64,000 nt of DNA from a virus (taxonomy: Duplodnaviria > Caudoviricetes). Location of the stretch: the IMG/VR virus record IMGVR_UViG_3300033463_000099, positions 5,878-69,877 of that record; one strand, written 5' to 3'. The translations under genes and the position numbers were made by a program. Under the pieces are notes generated by a model. That model worked only from the letters and a program-made list of their open reading frames with translations. It did not search any database and was not told the DNA's origin. Of this stretch, positions 46,410 through 55,266 are shown piece after piece; position 1 is the stretch's first letter; each line of letters begins with the position of its first letter.

Positions 46410-46588
46410 ACACCGCCTTTCTTCTTGTTCCTGTTCAACAGTTCATTGGCGTTGGCAAGCCAGTTGTCGCAAGATTCGATGATCTTGTCAACGGTCTTTC
46501 CTTCGCAGTTATTCTTCATGACTTCGCGGAGGGTCGCAACCATCGGCTGCGCCCGGAACACTAGTTCAATGGCTTTCATTGTTTTCAC
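46406..46588 (-). CDS. Hypothetical protein
   Basis: 60 aa, coupled by overlap. Confidence 0.5.
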   Translation of the reverse strand: MKTMKAIELVFRAQPMVATLREVMKNNCEGKTVDKIIESCDNWLANANELLNRNKKKGGV

Positions 46589-46838
46589 CCTCGTTGTCGC
46601 AGACTGAAACTACGTCACGGCAGATGTTCACGAACGGCTTGATCGCGTTGCGGTACTTCTCCAGCTTGGCTTCGGCCTCTGTTCTGGCCGTCTTCTCGCT
46701 TTCAAGTTTCTTCGTCAACGCAACTACGCATTCGTTCTTGCAGACGAATCCCCACACAGCGGGGTCGCACGTCGCGTCTTTGCAGGCGCTTTCGCCGTGC
46801 TCGTCCTTCTTTATGCAAACGCAGACTTCCTTTGGCAT
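46566..46838 (-). CDS. Small Cys-rich hypothetical protein
   Basis: 90 aa with GAGG RBS. Confidence 0.55.
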   Translation of the reverse strand: MPKEVCVCIKKDEHGESACKDATCDPAVWGFVCKNECVVALTKKLESEKTARTEAEAKLEKYRNAIKPFVNICRDVVSVCDNEGENNESH

Positions 46839-46840
46839 GG

Positions 46841-47239
46841 CTATTTCCTCTGTTCTTCGATCGCACGGACAAGCCGCTCGCTGAAATTATGCTGGTTTTC
46901 GTAGGTGAACAGGTTGTTCGTAAGCGTCTGGGCAAGCGTCTCTACGATGATGTCCTTCGCGTGTTCTGCGATGGCGGCAAACACGATTTCCTTGAACTGC
47001 TTGAAATCGTCCTCCGTGAGAGATTGGCTAATGGCGTTTTTCGCCCATTGCCGAAGTTCAAGATCGGCGTAGATTCCGCGCTTCTCAAACAGAATCAGCT
47101 TTGAAAGCTCGCTGTCCTTGAACGCCTCGCACAGCGATTGCTTTGCGATATTCTTCACCGTCACGTCGTCAAGGGCGTTGATGCCGTCATTGACGAGCTT
47201 GCTCATCTGCGTATCGTCGATGTTGATTGTGATGTTCAT
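46841..47239 (-). CDS. Hypothetical protein
   Basis: MNITINIDD...; AAGG RBS. Confidence 0.6.
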   Translation of the reverse strand: MNITINIDDTQMSKLVNDGINALDDVTVKNIAKQSLCEAFKDSELSKLILFEKRGIYADLELRQWAKNAISQSLTEDDFKQFKEIVFAAIAEHAKDIIVETLAQTLTNNLFTYENQHNFSERLVRAIEEQRK

Positions 47240-47240
47240 T

Positions 47241-47999
47241 TTAACCTTCTTTCGTTGCCCAAGGCACCTGACGGATTCGCAGGTGTTCGGGGAATTTCGT
47301 AATGTCGCGTTCGCATTTGCCGTCGATGTCCAACTGCTTGACGAACACGGGGATGTTTCGCGCACGGCATTGATCTACAATGCTCTCTATCCACTCCAGT
47401 TTGCACGGACGGCGGTGCGGTCCGCTCTCGCAACCTGTGGCAACCCAGCAAAACGGCATGTCCTCCGGCGCGATGTAGCGCAAGCCGAGGTCGATAGGCC
47501 CAAGCAGGGGTTCAGCCGAAAGCCAGCCATTCACGCCCGGCTTGGCTTCCGCCCGCCATGTGTCGAACCGGCGGTTGTACCACTCCTGGTTTTCGGCGGT
47601 GAAGCCAAAATAGGCGTGGTCCATGAGCGTGTACTCGCGCAGGGCTTTGCACATCCTATGCACGCGCTTGGTGCAAAAGAGGTATGTCGCATCGTTCGGC
47701 TGCGGGGAGCCATGCCGTGATTTGAAGTGCCAGAGCTTCGAGAAATACGACCATATCTGCGGAAGTGGCATCCACTCGCCGAAGATGTCTGTCGCATTGC
47801 CCACGAACACAACGCCCTTGGTGGGCGGTTGCTGCTTATTCGTGGGCATGGGGTCGAAACTCTTGTGGAAGCGTGAAGTGAACAGCTCACGGGCATAGCA
47901 GTTGTCGCACGCGGGGGAACAATGCTGGCATCCGATCACGGGATTCCAGGGCTTGTCCCAATACTGCGCACGCGGCCATTGAATGAGATCGCTTTTCAT
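47241..47999 (-). CDS. Phage Gp37/Gp68 (DUF5131) radical-SAM-like protein
   Basis: WNPVIGCQHCSPACDNCYA, SAEPLLGPID, GCESG..RRP, PVFVKQ. Confidence 0.85.
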   Translation of the reverse strand: MKSDLIQWPRAQYWDKPWNPVIGCQHCSPACDNCYARELFTSRFHKSFDPMPTNKQQPPTKGVVFVGNATDIFGEWMPLPQIWSYFSKLWHFKSRHGSPQPNDATYLFCTKRVHRMCKALREYTLMDHAYFGFTAENQEWYNRRFDTWRAEAKPGVNGWLSAEPLLGPIDLGLRYIAPEDMPFCWVATGCESGPHRRPCKLEWIESIVDQCRARNIPVFVKQLDIDGKCERDITKFPEHLRIRQVPWATKEG

Positions 48000-48187
48000 T
48001 TGTTTGCAATCCATTGGGGTAGTGAGATTTCAAGTGAAAAGAAGTCGTTGAACGAATTGGGGTCTGGGCGACCCCTTACGTTCACAACAGCAAGGTCATA
48101 GCGTCCGTCGTACTGCTCACAGAAGCCACGAATGGCCTCTGTGAGCTTGTCGGCTTTGCATGGCAACTGTATTTGCAGTTGTGGCAT
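47996..48187 (-). CDS. Hypothetical protein
   Basis: 63 aa, coupled. Confidence 0.5.
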   Translation of the reverse strand: MPQLQIQLPCKADKLTEAIRGFCEQYDGRYDLAVVNVRGRPDPNSFNDFFSLEISLPQWIANK

Positions 48188-48195
48188 TCGACACC

Positions 48196-49620
48196 TTACT
48201 TTCCGCGAAGGATTAGCTTGCGCTCTTCTGGGCCGATCTGGTCGTTCGCCGCCTCGAACGTGCGAAGCGTCGTTGCGGGCGAATCCTCATCACCGATGAT
48301 GGTGTCAACCAACACGTCAACGTACTTCTTGCGCGTGATCTCGCGCCCGAACCATACGGCGTTCGCCATAGCCCGGAGTCCGGCATCGACCATCTGGAAG
48401 TTGACGCTGTTCAGCAGGCCGTAGGCGTTGGCGATGGCGAACACGTAGGCGGCAAAGATGCGGTCGTCCGCAACGTCAAGGCGGCTCTCGATGTACTCGC
48501 GAAGGTATTCTTCCTCCCATTCCTTGACGGACTTCATCGCGTCCTTCAACGCCTTTTCGCGCTCCTTGTCGGTGGTGTTGACGGTCTTCTTCTCCGTCTC
48601 GGGCTCGGTCGGGTCCTTGGTGGCGAAGCGGACGGCCTGCGCTCCGGTGTAGTCACGGTAAACACAGGCGACGCGGTGCGTTTCGTCCGGCCTAGTCAAA
48701 GCATCCTCTGGGCAAGAAAAGTAGTCCTTCACTTTCACGACCTTAATGCCGTCGGCCTCCAGCTTCTTCACTTCGCGGCTCTCCATTTCGGACCGCTTGA
48801 GGTTGTAGCAGCGGGGGTCAAGGCACTTGCCGAACTTCGCGCCGTCGAGATCGTCCCACAGCGTCGGGGTGCAAGCAGTGTTGTGCGGGCAGACGGCGCA
48901 CTTCTTGCGGTCGAACTTCGCCGTCTCAAGGTCAGTGACGCGGCTCTCGAATTCACGCGCCACGTCATGCCAGGACAGGCGGACGGTGGTATCGTAGGTG
49001 CGGCGCACGGCGTCGAACGCGTCACGCTGGATTTCCTGCGTGTAGCGGGACGCCTTTTCCAGAAGGTCGGTGGTGGCGGTGATCGTGCCTTCCTCCACGG
49101 CCTCGCGCCATTCGGGGGCAAGGTCGATGAGCTTGGCGCGGCGGTAAACCCAAGATTCGGGCATGCCGATCTCGGCGGCGATTTCCTCCATCGTCATCTT
49201 GTCCTCGTCGCGCAGGGTCTGAATCGTCTTGGCCACATAGAGCGGCTCGGCGTCCTTGCGTTTCAAGTTCTCGATAAGGGTGAGCTGGCGCGCCACTGCC
49301 TCGGTGCACTTGAACAGCTCGCAGGGCACTTCCTTCAATCCGGCTGCGCGGCACGCCACCAGACGGCGGTTTCCGGCCACGACGATGTAGTGGAGATCGT
49401 CGCCGTCGCTCGCCCAATCCCAGACAACGGCGATGCGCTGGATTAGGCCCTTGGACTTGATCGTAGGAATCAGGTCGGCCACGGATTCCTCCGTGATCTC
49501 GCCGCGCGGGTTCCACGGTGCCAGGCTGAGCCTGTCAATCGGGAGCGTGACCGGCTCGCGCTCGATCTGCTTCAACTTTGCCGGCTTCTTGGCCGGCGGG
49601 TTCTTCTGTGTCTTTTTCAT
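48196..49620 (-). CDS. ParB/Spo0J-like protein with a Cys cluster
   Basis: NPR...GLIQRIAV...VVAGNRRLVAC...ENLKRKD ParB N-domain, HTH, then CAVCPHNTAC...C...C. Confidence 0.85.
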   Translation of the reverse strand: MKKTQKNPPAKKPAKLKQIEREPVTLPIDRLSLAPWNPRGEITEESVADLIPTIKSKGLIQRIAVVWDWASDGDDLHYIVVAGNRRLVACRAAGLKEVPCELFKCTEAVARQLTLIENLKRKDAEPLYVAKTIQTLRDEDKMTMEEIAAEIGMPESWVYRRAKLIDLAPEWREAVEEGTITATTDLLEKASRYTQEIQRDAFDAVRRTYDTTVRLSWHDVAREFESRVTDLETAKFDRKKCAVCPHNTACTPTLWDDLDGAKFGKCLDPRCYNLKRSEMESREVKKLEADGIKVVKVKDYFSCPEDALTRPDETHRVACVYRDYTGAQAVRFATKDPTEPETEKKTVNTTDKEREKALKDAMKSVKEWEEEYLREYIESRLDVADDRIFAAYVFAIANAYGLLNSVNFQMVDAGLRAMANAVWFGREITRKKYVDVLVDTIIGDEDSPATTLRTFEAANDQIGPEERKLILRGK

Positions 49621-49633
49621 GGTGTGTTTCCTT

Positions 49634-49978
49634 TTATTGTTTCTTGGGGAAAGAGCGGATTGGGTTTCCAAGTGGCTGGGTGCCCTCTATCACGTCAATC
49701 ATGCGCAGGACAACGGCGGCGCTGTCGTACAGCTCTTCGATGGCGGCATCCTTGTCACCGTTCGCAAGAGCGTCCACGAATTCGCACAGCTCGCATCTAA
49801 GCACTTCTTCAAGTGCGCTCGCGTTGCCGTGTTCCGTGGCAGTCTTAAGAGCGTTCCGGGCAACGCGAAGTTGTCCGCCTGTCTCGCTCGGCGTGTTCCA
49901 ATGCGTAAGACAATCGCAGAATATCGGATGCTTCGCTTTGGCGTGTTCGTAGTGTTCCTGTAGTCTTTCGATGTTCAT
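49634..49978 (-). CDS. MazG-like (all-alpha NTP pyrophosphatase-like) protein
   Basis: CELCEFVDA...AIEELYDSAAVVLRMI matches the E..E...E..D pattern. Confidence 0.5.
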   Translation of the reverse strand: MNIERLQEHYEHAKAKHPIFCDCLTHWNTPSETGGQLRVARNALKTATEHGNASALEEVLRCELCEFVDALANGDKDAAIEELYDSAAVVLRMIDVIEGTQPLGNPIRSFPKKQ

Positions 49979-50172
49979 TCGTAGTCCTCGTCGGTTAGCG
50001 GTTTCTCTGTCCAATGGGGGCATGGCTTGTAGCCTCGCTGCGGATACCAGTCGGCGTGTCGCGTCTTGCAATCGCCGATCTGCAATCCGCTGATCTGGCA
50101 TGGCGGCTGCTCGTAGTGTGCGCACGTCTTGCAGGACTGCACCTGTCCACGGCTGTAGCGGTCATTCCTCAT
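49975..50172 (-). CDS. Small Cys-rich protein
   Basis: CKTCAHY...C...C...CPHW. Confidence 0.55.
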   Translation of the reverse strand: MRNDRYSRGQVQSCKTCAHYEQPPCQISGLQIGDCKTRHADWYPQRGYKPCPHWTEKPLTDEDYE

Positions 50173-50317
50173 CTTCTCCTTCCTTGAAGAACTCGCCGAA
50201 CTCAAGCCGGAAGCTCTTTGCGATGCGGATTACGATGAAGGGCGTCAAGAGTCCGATGTAGAACATGATGATGCCCGTGAACACGATGAGCATTATGGCG
50301 AGGCCCAAGTCCATCAT
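50162..50317 (-). CDS. Small single-TM protein (51 aa; missed by the ORF track)
   Basis: MMDLGLAIMLIVFTGIIMFYIGLLTPFIVIRIAK...; ATGA overlap. Confidence 0.55.
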   Translation of the reverse strand: MMDLGLAIMLIVFTGIIMFYIGLLTPFIVIRIAKSFRLEFGEFFKEGEDEE

Positions 50318-50544
50318 GCACGACCTTTCATGCGGCGGCGCTCAAGGCCGAACGCGGCGGACACCACACCGTTGGCGAAGGACAGGGCGGCGAACCGCTC
50401 GGTCTTGCCGTACTCTTCAAAGATGCTCTTTGACTTCTGTTCCACAACGCGGCCATCGACATAGACGACGACCTCCGCAATGTGTTCGCAGTTTGCCCTG
50501 CGGCGAAAGAACGCCGCGATACGCTTTATCCAGTTTGTTTTCAT
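50314..50544 (-). CDS. Hypothetical protein
   Basis: 76 aa with GGAG RBS. Confidence 0.55.
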   Translation of the reverse strand: MKTNWIKRIAAFFRRRANCEHIAEVVVYVDGRVVEQKSKSIFEEYGKTERFAALSFANGVVSAAFGLERRRMKGRA

Positions 50545-50546
50545 TG

Positions 50547-50975
50547 TTAGTTTTCTCCGTTTTCGGGTAGTTCAGTAATGGAAATCAGAATGCCGTGCTT
50601 CTCGTCCTCGTCGTGCCATATCTTCGACACGACTTCACGGCAGACGAGCGCATCGTCACGCCAGTAGCCGCAAGCCGTCATCACGTCCTTCAACATCTTC
50701 TGTAGGTTGTCGGTGTCGGGCTTGGTGGTCTTGAATACGCCCTTGACGCCCTTCGGACGGCGGAAGGACCACTCGGCGCACAGCATGATCGGGCAATCCC
50801 ACGGCTCGGGCGGACGGAACTTGGCGAGCTTCACCGTCAGAAGCGCACGGGCGTTTTTCAGCTCCGGCGGGTCGTAGTAGAACGGCTTGCCTTTCACCAC
50901 GCGCACCTTCTTCTCCTGGTGCGTGACGGTCGGTGGCTGCGGCTCGATGTTCAAGAAGAATGCAAGGCGCTTCAC
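50547..50975 (-). CDS. rusA: RusA-family Holliday junction resolvase
   Basis: TKPDTDNLQKMLKDVMT..GYWRDDALV; GTG start overlapping the primase stop. Confidence 0.85.
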   Translation of the reverse strand: MKRLAFFLNIEPQPPTVTHQEKKVRVVKGKPFYYDPPELKNARALLTVKLAKFRPPEPWDCPIMLCAEWSFRRPKGVKGVFKTTKPDTDNLQKMLKDVMTACGYWRDDALVCREVVSKIWHDEDEKHGILISITELPENGEN

Positions 50976-53176
50976 TTGTCTTCTCCCTTCACGGTGAGGA
51001 TTACGCCGTGCTTCACCGTCCATCCCAACTTCTTGCACCACCGCAAAATCGTGCGGTCTGATGTCTTCGTGAGATTCGTAGCCTTGTCGAGCGTCCATGT
51101 CACGTTCGGGTCGAAAAGCACCTGCTGGCGGAAGGTCTCAAACTTCGTCATCTTCTTCTCGGCCTTGACTTTCCCGCCACGGCCACGGCGCGTATAGGTC
51201 TCGTCACCCTCGGGGGAGCAATCCTCCAGAAGTCCGTCATCGTCCATGACGTGCGTCGGGAACTTGAACCAGACATTCTGCTCCTTCAATGCCGGGAACT
51301 CGCGGAGCGTGAATGACGCTCGCCAGCCTGTGAGGTGTTCCAGTTCCGTGCGGATGGCTGCGCGTGCGGCGCGGATGTGCGACATGGCATCTTCATCGAA
51401 TCCGGATTTTGCGACGGCGGCGATGAATCGGTCTGCCACAAGCTGATCGTCCTCACCGATGGCGTCAAGGAAATTGTTGTCGTAGGCGTACTGTTGGGCG
51501 GTCTCTCGTATGGCGTCACATTCGGCGTTGTTGCTGAACACCTTACGCGCCGTCTCTGATTCAAGTGGCAACAGGTCAATGAGCGCGTCGGGGTCACGTG
51601 CGAAAACGCCGGAGCCGGATGCGCGGTCCATCGAACGCTTGCCGCCTTGTGCGCCTTTACTGTGGTGGTGGCAGAAGACAAGCGTTGCGTTGCAGTCACG
51701 GGCGATGCGGTCCAGGTGGCGGCAGAACTCCGACATTTCGGCTGCGCTGTTCTCGTCGCCTGTCAGAACCTTGTACGCAGGGTCTAGGATGATGAGCGAA
51801 TATCCACCGGCGGCGGCACAGCGGCGGATAAGACGCGGTGAAAGCTTGTCGAGCGGCATTGTCCGGCCGCGCAGATGCCAGAAGGAAAGCATGTCTGAAT
51901 GGGACGGCTTCACGCCAAGCGCACGGTACACGTCGAAGAAGCGGTTGATACACGAATTGCGGTCAACCTCAAAGTTGCAGTAGAGGACACGACCGGGGCG
52001 GCAACTGTGGCCAAGCCATGATGAACCTTCGGCAACCGCAATCGCAAGTTCGATGAGCAGATAGGACTTGCCAGCCTTGGACGGACCGGCTATGCACATC
52101 TTATGGCCGACGCGCAAGATACCCTCGATCTGCTCCGGCGCCAGCGGGGGGCGCTCCTTGAAGTCGCAGAGGGTTTCAAAGTCGGGTAGATCGTCGTTCT
52201 GGTCGCGAATCCAGTCTTCCCATTCCTCCCACGACTGCTTGCCGCAGGTGCGGTCGATGATGAATTGCTTTTTGCCGTTGCGCATGAGCCCCGGCATACG
52301 CGAATAGCGGGACGGATTGCGGTTCTGCCTATCGACAGGCAAGCCGTTCTTGGCGCAGACTTCAAACAGGAAGTCCACGCGCTTGTGGTACTCGTCGATG
52401 TCGGACGCGAACACCTTGACGATGGCATGGGCTGATTTGCCGCCGCTGTGGACGATGCAGGCGCACGGCAGTTCGAGCTTGTGGTAGATCGCCACTTGCT
52501 TTTCGATCTCCATGCCGTCGGATTCAACGAGCGCATAGCGGAAGTCCGAAACGTTCACGTCCTTCACGCCCTTGCCGTCGAGGGGGTTGATTCGGATGTA
52601 CCCGCCGGATTCCTCGTTTGGCGTTCCGATGGCATCATCCAGCTTGCCTTTCTTCAACGCCTTTAGAATCTCGGCCACGGAACGGTCGTACACGCCACGC
52701 GAAGGAATGAAGTGATCGTCCTTCTTGAACGGGTTGACGCAATACCCGATGATGTCCTCGGGCGAGAAGAGGATATTGAGGTAGTCCGTCAGCTCCTTGC
52801 ACTGGTTCCACTTGGCCGGTTCCTCAACTACCTCGTCCTCAAGCCATTCGGGATTCACGATCTTGAGGTCTTCGGCAAGGTCTGAATCCCAGGACAGCGC
52901 GGTGGCGGATTGCGGCGTGAACGCAACATGCTCTTCCCAACGGAGCGGCGAACGCTGGCCGAAGGAAATGGCTTCCGCCCATTTGCGCTTGGCTTCCGCC
53001 TTTTTGATCGCCATCGAGACGGCGAGCGCACCAAGTGAATCGCATTCGTCTTGCGTCAATGCGCGTGAGGCGAGGTAGCCACCTGCGCGGCGGCCGATGT
53101 CGCGTAGGCATTTGTGCATCTGTCCCTGCACCATACCTTCGCGGATGTTGGTCTCGACTGATTCGTAGCAAGTCAT
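50972..53176 (-). CDS. Primase-helicase (RepB/AEP-like primase plus AAA_25 RecA-type helicase)
   Basis: YALVESD...VHSGGKSAHAIVKV primase region; AGPSKAGKS Walker A, IILDP, HHHSKG, SGSG.F.RDPD. Confidence 0.85.
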   Translation of the reverse strand: MTCYESVETNIREGMVQGQMHKCLRDIGRRAGGYLASRALTQDECDSLGALAVSMAIKKAEAKRKWAEAISFGQRSPLRWEEHVAFTPQSATALSWDSDLAEDLKIVNPEWLEDEVVEEPAKWNQCKELTDYLNILFSPEDIIGYCVNPFKKDDHFIPSRGVYDRSVAEILKALKKGKLDDAIGTPNEESGGYIRINPLDGKGVKDVNVSDFRYALVESDGMEIEKQVAIYHKLELPCACIVHSGGKSAHAIVKVFASDIDEYHKRVDFLFEVCAKNGLPVDRQNRNPSRYSRMPGLMRNGKKQFIIDRTCGKQSWEEWEDWIRDQNDDLPDFETLCDFKERPPLAPEQIEGILRVGHKMCIAGPSKAGKSYLLIELAIAVAEGSSWLGHSCRPGRVLYCNFEVDRNSCINRFFDVYRALGVKPSHSDMLSFWHLRGRTMPLDKLSPRLIRRCAAAGGYSLIILDPAYKVLTGDENSAAEMSEFCRHLDRIARDCNATLVFCHHHSKGAQGGKRSMDRASGSGVFARDPDALIDLLPLESETARKVFSNNAECDAIRETAQQYAYDNNFLDAIGEDDQLVADRFIAAVAKSGFDEDAMSHIRAARAAIRTELEHLTGWRASFTLREFPALKEQNVWFKFPTHVMDDDGLLEDCSPEGDETYTRRGRGGKVKAEKKMTKFETFRQQVLFDPNVTWTLDKATNLTKTSDRTILRWCKKLGWTVKHGVILTVKGEDK

Positions 53177-54768
53177 GGCGTGTAGGTTTTTGGATCGACC
53201 CCTGCCGGAATGCGCCAACTGCAAACCCTGATTCTCTGCACCATCTTCAAGGCTTGTGCTTTGGTCCACTTCGCAACGTTGCGGAAGCCCATTCTTTCAA
53301 GGAATCGAATTTGTTTGGGGGTAGAAAGCCCTGCGGCACGGCGAGCGTCGTGCTGCTTTATCAGAAGTTCCGCCTCTCCGAAGGTAGCCGGTGCGCCAAA
53401 GCCCAACTTCTCCAACTGGTCAAGCTGCTGCATGGTCGGGTTCTGGGCGTCGCGGTCCGTCATTGGCTGGTAGTTGGTGAGGTTCACGTCCTGCACGGAG
53501 TATGCGTACTGGAGCGGGTCAACCAGTCCGGCCTTGCGGCGGCGCATCGCCTCCAGCCGTTCGGCAAGAGCTTGTTCGCGCTTCTTCACGGTCTCGGATT
53601 CGGCGTCGGCAAGGGCTTCGGCGGAAATCTCCATGTCCTCCGTCCCTGCCTTTGATTCCTGCTTGGCCGTGATCTGGGCGGCAACTTCGTCATCGTCCGT
53701 CAAGAGGCAAGCGGGGCGGCACAGGTCGTGCGTCTGCGTCATCCACAGGAAGTCGAGAAGTAGAAGGTTATTCTTTCCGTCACAGAGGCGCGTTCCTCTT
53801 CCAACCATCTGGACAAACAGCGCACGAACTTTCGTTGCTCTGAGAACAACAATGCAATCACAAGACGGCTCATCATATCCTTCCGTAAGGAGCATAGAAT
53901 TGAGAAGCACACATCCTTTCGGCGCACGGGAAAACCAATCCAACGTCTCTCGCCTGTCATCGGATTCCCCGTTGACTTCCTTAACAGCGTGAAATCCCTG
54001 TTCTGCAAAGATCGCAAGAATCTTTTTTGAAGTGGCGATAAGCGGAGTGAAGACAATCGTTTTTCTCTCACGGCAACGCTCCATTATTTCATGGCAAATC
54101 TGATGCAGGTACGGTTCAAGGGCTGAACCTAGTCCGGCGGCTTGGTAGTCGCCTCCCTGCTTGGCGACGCCCGACAGGTCGATTTGGAGCGGCACGGTCT
54201 GCGCTCTAATCGGGCAGAGGTAGCCGTCCTGTATCGCCTGGACAATTGAGTATTCAAAGGCAATCTTCTCGAACACCTCTCCGAGGGAACGGAGATCGCC
54301 ACGGTCGGGGGTGGCGGTCACGCCGAGCAGACGCGCGTCCGGGAAATGGTTGATCACGGCGGTGTAGGTGTCGGTCAATGCGTGATGGCACTCGTCGATC
54401 ACGATCAGCGAGAAATCATCTGGCGCGAAACGCGCAAGGCGAGCGGGGGACTTCATCGACTGGACGGAGCCGACGACCACGGTGTACGGCGGCTCGTCAT
54501 AGCTCACGTCGGAAGTCTCTTCGGCCTTTTCAAGCCCTGCCACGATTCCCGTTGCGGTGCGGAGCTTGTCGATGGCCTGCTGGAGCAGTTCGCCACGGTG
54601 GGCGAGAATCAGCACACGTCCGCCACGCTTCACCTCTCGCGCGGCGAGGTGCGAGAAGATGATGGTCTTCCCGCACCCCGTCGCAAGGACGATCAAGGTG
54701 GAGCGGACTTCCTCAAAAGCCCGTTCGACTTCCTTGACCGCCTGTTGCTGGTAGGGGCGAAGCGTCAT
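53173..54768 (-). CDS. Superfamily II DEAD/DEAH helicase
   Basis: LRPYQ, LATGCGKT, DECHH, TATP, QMVGRGTR. Confidence 0.9.
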   Translation of the reverse strand: MTLRPYQQQAVKEVERAFEEVRSTLIVLATGCGKTIIFSHLAAREVKRGGRVLILAHRGELLQQAIDKLRTATGIVAGLEKAEETSDVSYDEPPYTVVVGSVQSMKSPARLARFAPDDFSLIVIDECHHALTDTYTAVINHFPDARLLGVTATPDRGDLRSLGEVFEKIAFEYSIVQAIQDGYLCPIRAQTVPLQIDLSGVAKQGGDYQAAGLGSALEPYLHQICHEIMERCRERKTIVFTPLIATSKKILAIFAEQGFHAVKEVNGESDDRRETLDWFSRAPKGCVLLNSMLLTEGYDEPSCDCIVVLRATKVRALFVQMVGRGTRLCDGKNNLLLLDFLWMTQTHDLCRPACLLTDDDEVAAQITAKQESKAGTEDMEISAEALADAESETVKKREQALAERLEAMRRRKAGLVDPLQYAYSVQDVNLTNYQPMTDRDAQNPTMQQLDQLEKLGFGAPATFGEAELLIKQHDARRAAGLSTPKQIRFLERMGFRNVAKWTKAQALKMVQRIRVCSWRIPAGVDPKTYTP

Positions 54769-55247
54769 TCGTAATCGTCCTCGTCGCCGCCGGAGGCTTC
54801 CGCTTCCGCAGCAGGGTCGAGCCAACGCTTGACGGTGTTGACGGTCTTCGTCTCGCCGTTCTGGGTGTACTTGCGCGTACCGAGGCGGCAACGCCCGGAC
54901 GCACCTTCCACCTTGTCCCAAGGCATCTTCTTCGTGCCATCGCCGTGCTTGCGCAGGCCAAGGCATGTGAAGAACGCGAACAGCTGCCACTTGTTCCCCG
55001 CGTGGAGGAAAAGCGATTCCTTCACATAGGCGGCATTCCCTTCATCGTCCTTGATGAGAAGGGAAATCTTCGCCACGGGGCAAGACTGGATTTTCGCGTC
55101 CGGCTTCGCGGTGTAGAAGTCCTTTTCAAACTTCTTGATCGTGAAGTCGTATTCACCTTCGGGAAGGAGAACGAAATCGTTTTCCTTCTGCTGTTCGACG
55201 GCCTCGGTTTCGTCGAGCTCGTCGTCCCATGTCATTTTCTCTGCCAT
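54765..55247 (-). CDS. Putative single-stranded DNA-binding protein (DUF669-like)
   Basis: LLPEGEYDFTI...OB-fold-like with an acidic tail; between the AAA and helicase genes. Confidence 0.65.
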   Translation of the reverse strand: MAEKMTWDDELDETEAVEQQKENDFVLLPEGEYDFTIKKFEKDFYTAKPDAKIQSCPVAKISLLIKDDEGNAAYVKESLFLHAGNKWQLFAFFTCLGLRKHGDGTKKMPWDKVEGASGRCRLGTRKYTQNGETKTVNTVKRWLDPAAEAEASGGDEDDYE

Positions 55248-55266
55248 TTTGTTTTTCCTTTCTGGT

